NCBI GenBank assembly: GCA_031406095.1
Contig: JANOGR010000225.1
Coordinates: 1 to 46,048 of the forward strand
Direction: 5' to 3'
DNA: 46,048 bases
Origin: Ignavibacteriales bacterium
GTDB lineage: Bacteria > Bacteroidota > Ignavibacteria > UBA10030
Shown here piece by piece: positions 43,005 through 46,048 of this stretch. Under the pieces are notes generated by a model that saw only the letters and a list, made by a program, of their open reading frames with translations, made no database searches and was not told the origin of the DNA. Numbering within the stretch: position 1 is the first letter of the stretch; each line of letters begins with the position of its first letter. The position numbers and the translations under genes are program-made.

Positions 43005-45773
43005 CTAATGATGTACGGCCACCTTCTGCTCTTTGAAAGCATCTTCAAACGAAATCCAAACCGATTTGGCCGTTGCATCAAAACGCCAGCCAGTACCTTT
43101 GCCATCGGATGTACGTGGAACTAACTTGCCGTTCATGGTGATGGAGGAGGGCTGCTTCTGAGCATCGTTCACCTTCAGCAAGAGCGTTCTCTTCGACGGC
43201 CTGTAGTTTCCTTGTGGGCTTGAAAGGACAATCTCGGTTGATTTATCCGAGCTTTTGAGGAAGACGGTACGCTGCGAGTATTCTCCCTGTGCATAGCCCA
43301 GGCTTTTCCCATCATCCTCATAAACAACACTCGTTGCTTCAATCGCTGGATAGATCTCGAACGTCAACGGCTCTGTTGTTGTCTGGTCTGAATACTGCAA
43401 GCCCTGCTGCGTGGCAATTATGGCTCCTCCTTTTGCAAAAAGAGGAATGCGGTCAATCGGAGCATCCGCTGTGATCCATTTAGGACCAACGAGTTTTTCT
43501 CCCGTCCAGTAGTTGTACCACTCGCCTTTAGGCAGGTAAACTCCTTTTGTCGTTTTTCCGGGTTCAAGCACGGGAGCCACAAGCAGGGCATCGCCAAACA
43601 TGAACTGCCTGTCTGTCCAGTAAGCCGTTTCATCATCGGGAAAATCGAAAAACATCGGCCGCATAATGGGAATCCCAGTAGTGGAAGCGAGATAAAACTG
43701 CGTGTACACGTAGGGGAGGAGTTTATACCGCAGCTCGATGGATTTCTTGTTGATCGCCTCGAATTTCGGTCCGTACGACCACGGCTCCTGGTCTGCACTG
43801 CCGATTTCTGTGTGCGTCCGCATCAAAGGCATAAAGGCGCCAAGCTGCAGCCACCTCGCATACAGCTCCCCGCTCGGGCTCCCCACAAACCCTCCGATAT
43901 CCGTGCCAACAAACGGCTGACCCGAGATGCTCAGGTTCAAGCACATTGGCACAGCCATTTCCAGATGCTCCCAGCTGCTGATATTGTCGCCCGTCCATGC
44001 CGAAGCGTACCTGTTTCCTCCGGCATAATTTGCCCGCGTCAACACGAAGGGGCGCTCGTTTGGCCGGAGTCTCGACACGCCTTCGAACGTCCCGCGCGCC
44101 ATTTGCATGCCATACACGTTGTGATTCTTGCGATGGTCGGTTTTCCGTCCCTCGTCGTCGTGCATCACGTTCAAATCGAACGTCTTCATCGGCACATCGA
44201 ACACAGCCGGCTCGTTCATGTCGTTCCAGAACCCTTTCACACCGTCATCCAGAAGTCCTTTGTAGAGCGTTCCCCACCAGTCGCGGGCTTCTGTTTTTGT
44301 GAAATCCGGAAACACGCAATCGCCTGGCCAGACTTTCCCCACGTAGTTCCGTCCATCGGGCCATTTTACGAAATGATCTCCCTTCACGCCTTCGTCGTAC
44401 ACCCAGTAGCCCGGCTCGTTCTTTATTCCAGGGTCGATGATCACCACGACTTTGAATCCATCTTTCGACAGGTCATCGATCATTTTCTTCGGATTCGGAA
44501 AGCGCGTCTTGTCCCACGTGAAGCACCGATACTCATCCATATAATGGATATCCAGATAAATGACGTCGCATGGGATTTGTTTCTTTCTAAACGTTTTGGC
44601 AATCTCGCGTACGCGGGATTCCGGATAGTAGCTGTAACGACACTGCTGGTAAGCGACAGCCCATTTGGGCGGCAGCGGCATTTTCCCCACAAGCTCCGAG
44701 AATTGCCTGAGCACCGCTTTGGGCTCGGGGCCATACATGAAATAATAGTTCAATTCCCCGTCAACAGCTCCAAACGAGTATTGTTCCTGGTGCTCCTTCC
44801 CCATGTTAAACGTCGAGTAGTACGTGTTGTCGAAAAAGATTCCGTAGGTCTTACCTTTGCGTGTGCCGTAGAAAAACGGAATCGTTTGGTACAGCGGATC
44901 TGTATCGGCTCTGTAAGCGGGTATATCCGTGTTCCACATGGACATCGTTTTCCATTTTCGGTTCAAAGATCCAGCCTTCTCGCCGAAGCCAAAGTACTGC
45001 TCGTCGAGGGGCATCGTTTTCCAAACACCGACTTGATTTCCCGACCATGCCATACCTTTTCCGGGTTCATCCTGGTTCACGAGGTTCCCTTGTGCATCAT
45101 AGAACGAGAGCCTGCATGGGTTTTTCGTCACACGTAGTGTGAGTTTTGAGGTTTTCAGCACAACCTCGCTGCTCCCGTCATCGACTGTGAAGGTTCGTGG
45201 TCCAAGATCGGCTTTTACAACCGCCCACGACCTGTCTTCAGCGAATTGGCCATCCTGATCCATTCGAACGCGTAACACCGATTGATCCAAAACTGTAATC
45301 CGGACTTTTGCAGGCGGTGCGGAAAGAATAATGCCATCACCTGTTTTCTCCACGGCTGACACATTGCCGATCGATGTCCATTGAGCAGAAACAGGAATCC
45401 AGACAAAAACACTGATAGCAAGAGTAAGGAAACACTGCATTAAATAGGGATTGTCATTCCGTCGGATTTTAAGACGCCAGCCCGCCTTCGGTCTGGCGGG
45501 GAATCCAGAACGGGTTTGATATGAGCGTCTAGCCCAAGTCGGCGCGAGTGACGATAGGATTCGGGTTCTGGACTCCCGCCTGCCTGTCCGGTAGGCAGGC
45601 TTACAATCCGCGGGAGTGACAAGTTTTTTCTTGTTTGTCATTCCCGTCAGCCTGCCGAACAGGCAGTCTAAAAATCCGCGGGCCCGACTAAGTCCGCCGT
45701 AAGCGGACGTCGTCGGGCGGGCATGACAAGGTGTTTTTTGGGTACTTTGCATCGCTTCATTGAAGGGTTTCAT
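43005..45773 (-). CDS. Glycoside hydrolase family 31 alpha-glucosidase; 5' end carries an in-frame repeat insertion (alternative start at 45440)
   Basis: YFGFGEK, DPLYQTIPF, IYLDIHYM, GFWNDMNEP (nucleophile), WTGDN (acid/base), DIGGF and QEPW motifs. The signal h/c-region is LTLAISVFVWIPVSA|Q. Confidence 0.93.
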   Translation of the reverse strand: MKPFNEAMQSTQKTPCHARPTTSAYGGLSRARGFLDCLFGRLTGMTNKKKLVTPADCKPAYRTGRRESRTRILSSLAPTWARRSYQTRSGFPARPKAGWRLKIRRNDNPYLMQCFLTLAISVFVWIPVSAQWTSIGNVSAVEKTGDGIILSAPPAKVRITVLDQSVLRVRMDQDGQFAEDRSWAVVKADLGPRTFTVDDGSSEVVLKTSKLTLRVTKNPCRLSFYDAQGNLVNQDEPGKGMAWSGNQVGVWKTMPLDEQYFGFGEKAGSLNRKWKTMSMWNTDIPAYRADTDPLYQTIPFFYGTRKGKTYGIFFDNTYYSTFNMGKEHQEQYSFGAVDGELNYYFMYGPEPKAVLRQFSELVGKMPLPPKWAVAYQQCRYSYYPESRVREIAKTFRKKQIPCDVIYLDIHYMDEYRCFTWDKTRFPNPKKMIDDLSKDGFKVVVIIDPGIKNEPGYWVYDEGVKGDHFVKWPDGRNYVGKVWPGDCVFPDFTKTEARDWWGTLYKGLLDDGVKGFWNDMNEPAVFDVPMKTFDLNVMHDDEGRKTDHRKNHNVYGMQMARGTFEGVSRLRPNERPFVLTRANYAGGNRYASAWTGDNISSWEHLEMAVPMCLNLSISGQPFVGTDIGGFVGSPSGELYARWLQLGAFMPLMRTHTEIGSADQEPWSYGPKFEAINKKSIELRYKLLPYVYTQFYLASTTGIPIMRPMFFDFPDDETAYWTDRQFMFGDALLVAPVLEPGKTTKGVYLPKGEWYNYWTGEKLVGPKWITADAPIDRIPLFAKGGAIIATQQGLQYSDQTTTEPLTFEIYPAIEATSVVYEDDGKSLGYAQGEYSQRTVFLKSSDKSTEIVLSSPQGNYRPSKRTLLLKVNDAQKQPSSITMNGKLVPRTSDGKGTGWRFDATAKSVWISFEDAFKEQKVAVHH
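45429..45761. mobile_element. 333-nt composite non-autonomous repeat element (three TGTCA-type hairpin units with nested micro-palindromes)
   Basis: Units at 45452-45508, 45568-45621 and 45636-45728 share an 8-bp or longer stem and a 9-nt GGATT(T/G)T(A/T)A loop once nested inserts are removed. Excising the element joins MKPF to LTLAISVFVWIPVSAQ. Confidence 0.7.
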
Positions 45774-45780
45774 AGAACTC

Positions 45781-46047
45781 TCAATTTGTAGTTGTTATTA
45801 CAGTATAACCAAAGGCAGGGAGCGTCAATCCGATCGTATTTCCGGCAACCTGGAACTCTCGTGAGGAAAAGAACTCTTTGAGTTTCACATTCTTACGGGG
45901 TGGCAGTATGATTTCCGCCTGAACCGGTTTTGCGGACAAATTCAAAACCACGATGACTGTATCGGAAGCGGTTTGTCTGACAAATGAATATAACTTTGGA
46001 CCACCCGTGTTGCTTAAAGAGGCATACGTTCCCCACCGCAAAGCCTC
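45781..46047 (-). CDS. C-terminal part of an alpha-amylase (GH13)-like protein, truncated by window edge
   Basis: EALRWG...LYSFVR....TVIVVLNLS...LTLPAFGYTVI resembles the GH13 C-terminal beta domain. It lies next to GH31. Confidence 0.7.
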   Translation of the reverse strand, partial: EALRWGTYASLSNTGGPKLYSFVRQTASDTVIVVLNLSAKPVQAEIILPPRKNVKLKEFFSSREFQVAGNTIGLTLPAFGYTVITTTN

Positions 46048-46048
46048 G

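Noticed and set aside
43812-45137. 441-aa plus-strand ORF
   Set aside because: Entirely antisense to the motif-rich GH31 gene with no recognisable motifs, so a shadow ORF
45429-45761. CRISPR array interpretation of the repeated TGTCATTCC units
   Set aside because: Units are inverted relative to one another, irregularly spaced and interrupted, and no cas genes are present

Overview
A gene-dense bacterial chromosomal segment of about 38 CDS, nearly all on the minus strand. Two proteins with T9SS-type C-terminal domains (NYPNPFNP), a carboxypeptidase-regulatory-domain TonB-dependent receptor and scpA-scpB-rluB suggest an Ignavibacteria-like member of the Bacteroidota/Chlorobiota group (inference). 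Most genes are housekeeping or metabolic: S41 protease, lysS, malQ, rluB, scpAB, trpS, aroC, degP, recO, mtnA, TrmH family, methylmalonyl-CoA mutase, comEC, dtd, prmC, transporters, GH38, GH31 and GH13. I found no rRNA, tRNA, CRISPR array or canonical transposase. The most unusual signals are: (1) a 333-nt stack of nested palindromic repeats sitting in frame within what reconstructs as the signal peptide of the GH31 gene, where every nested insert is a multiple of 3 nt; (2) a lone DUF559 endonuclease gene bracketed by inverted, covarying hairpin repeats, a REP/RAYT-like layout without a HUH transposase; (3) a full-length GH38 alpha-mannosidase that has lost its Zn ligands and acid/base residue; (4) further intergenic REP/MITE-like palindromes; (5) a ScpB with a long acidic tail ending in a MinD-like amphipathic helix; (6) an AT-rich junction truncating a gamma-carbonic anhydrase gene at the left edge. 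All family assignments come from motif recognition by eye, with no database searches.
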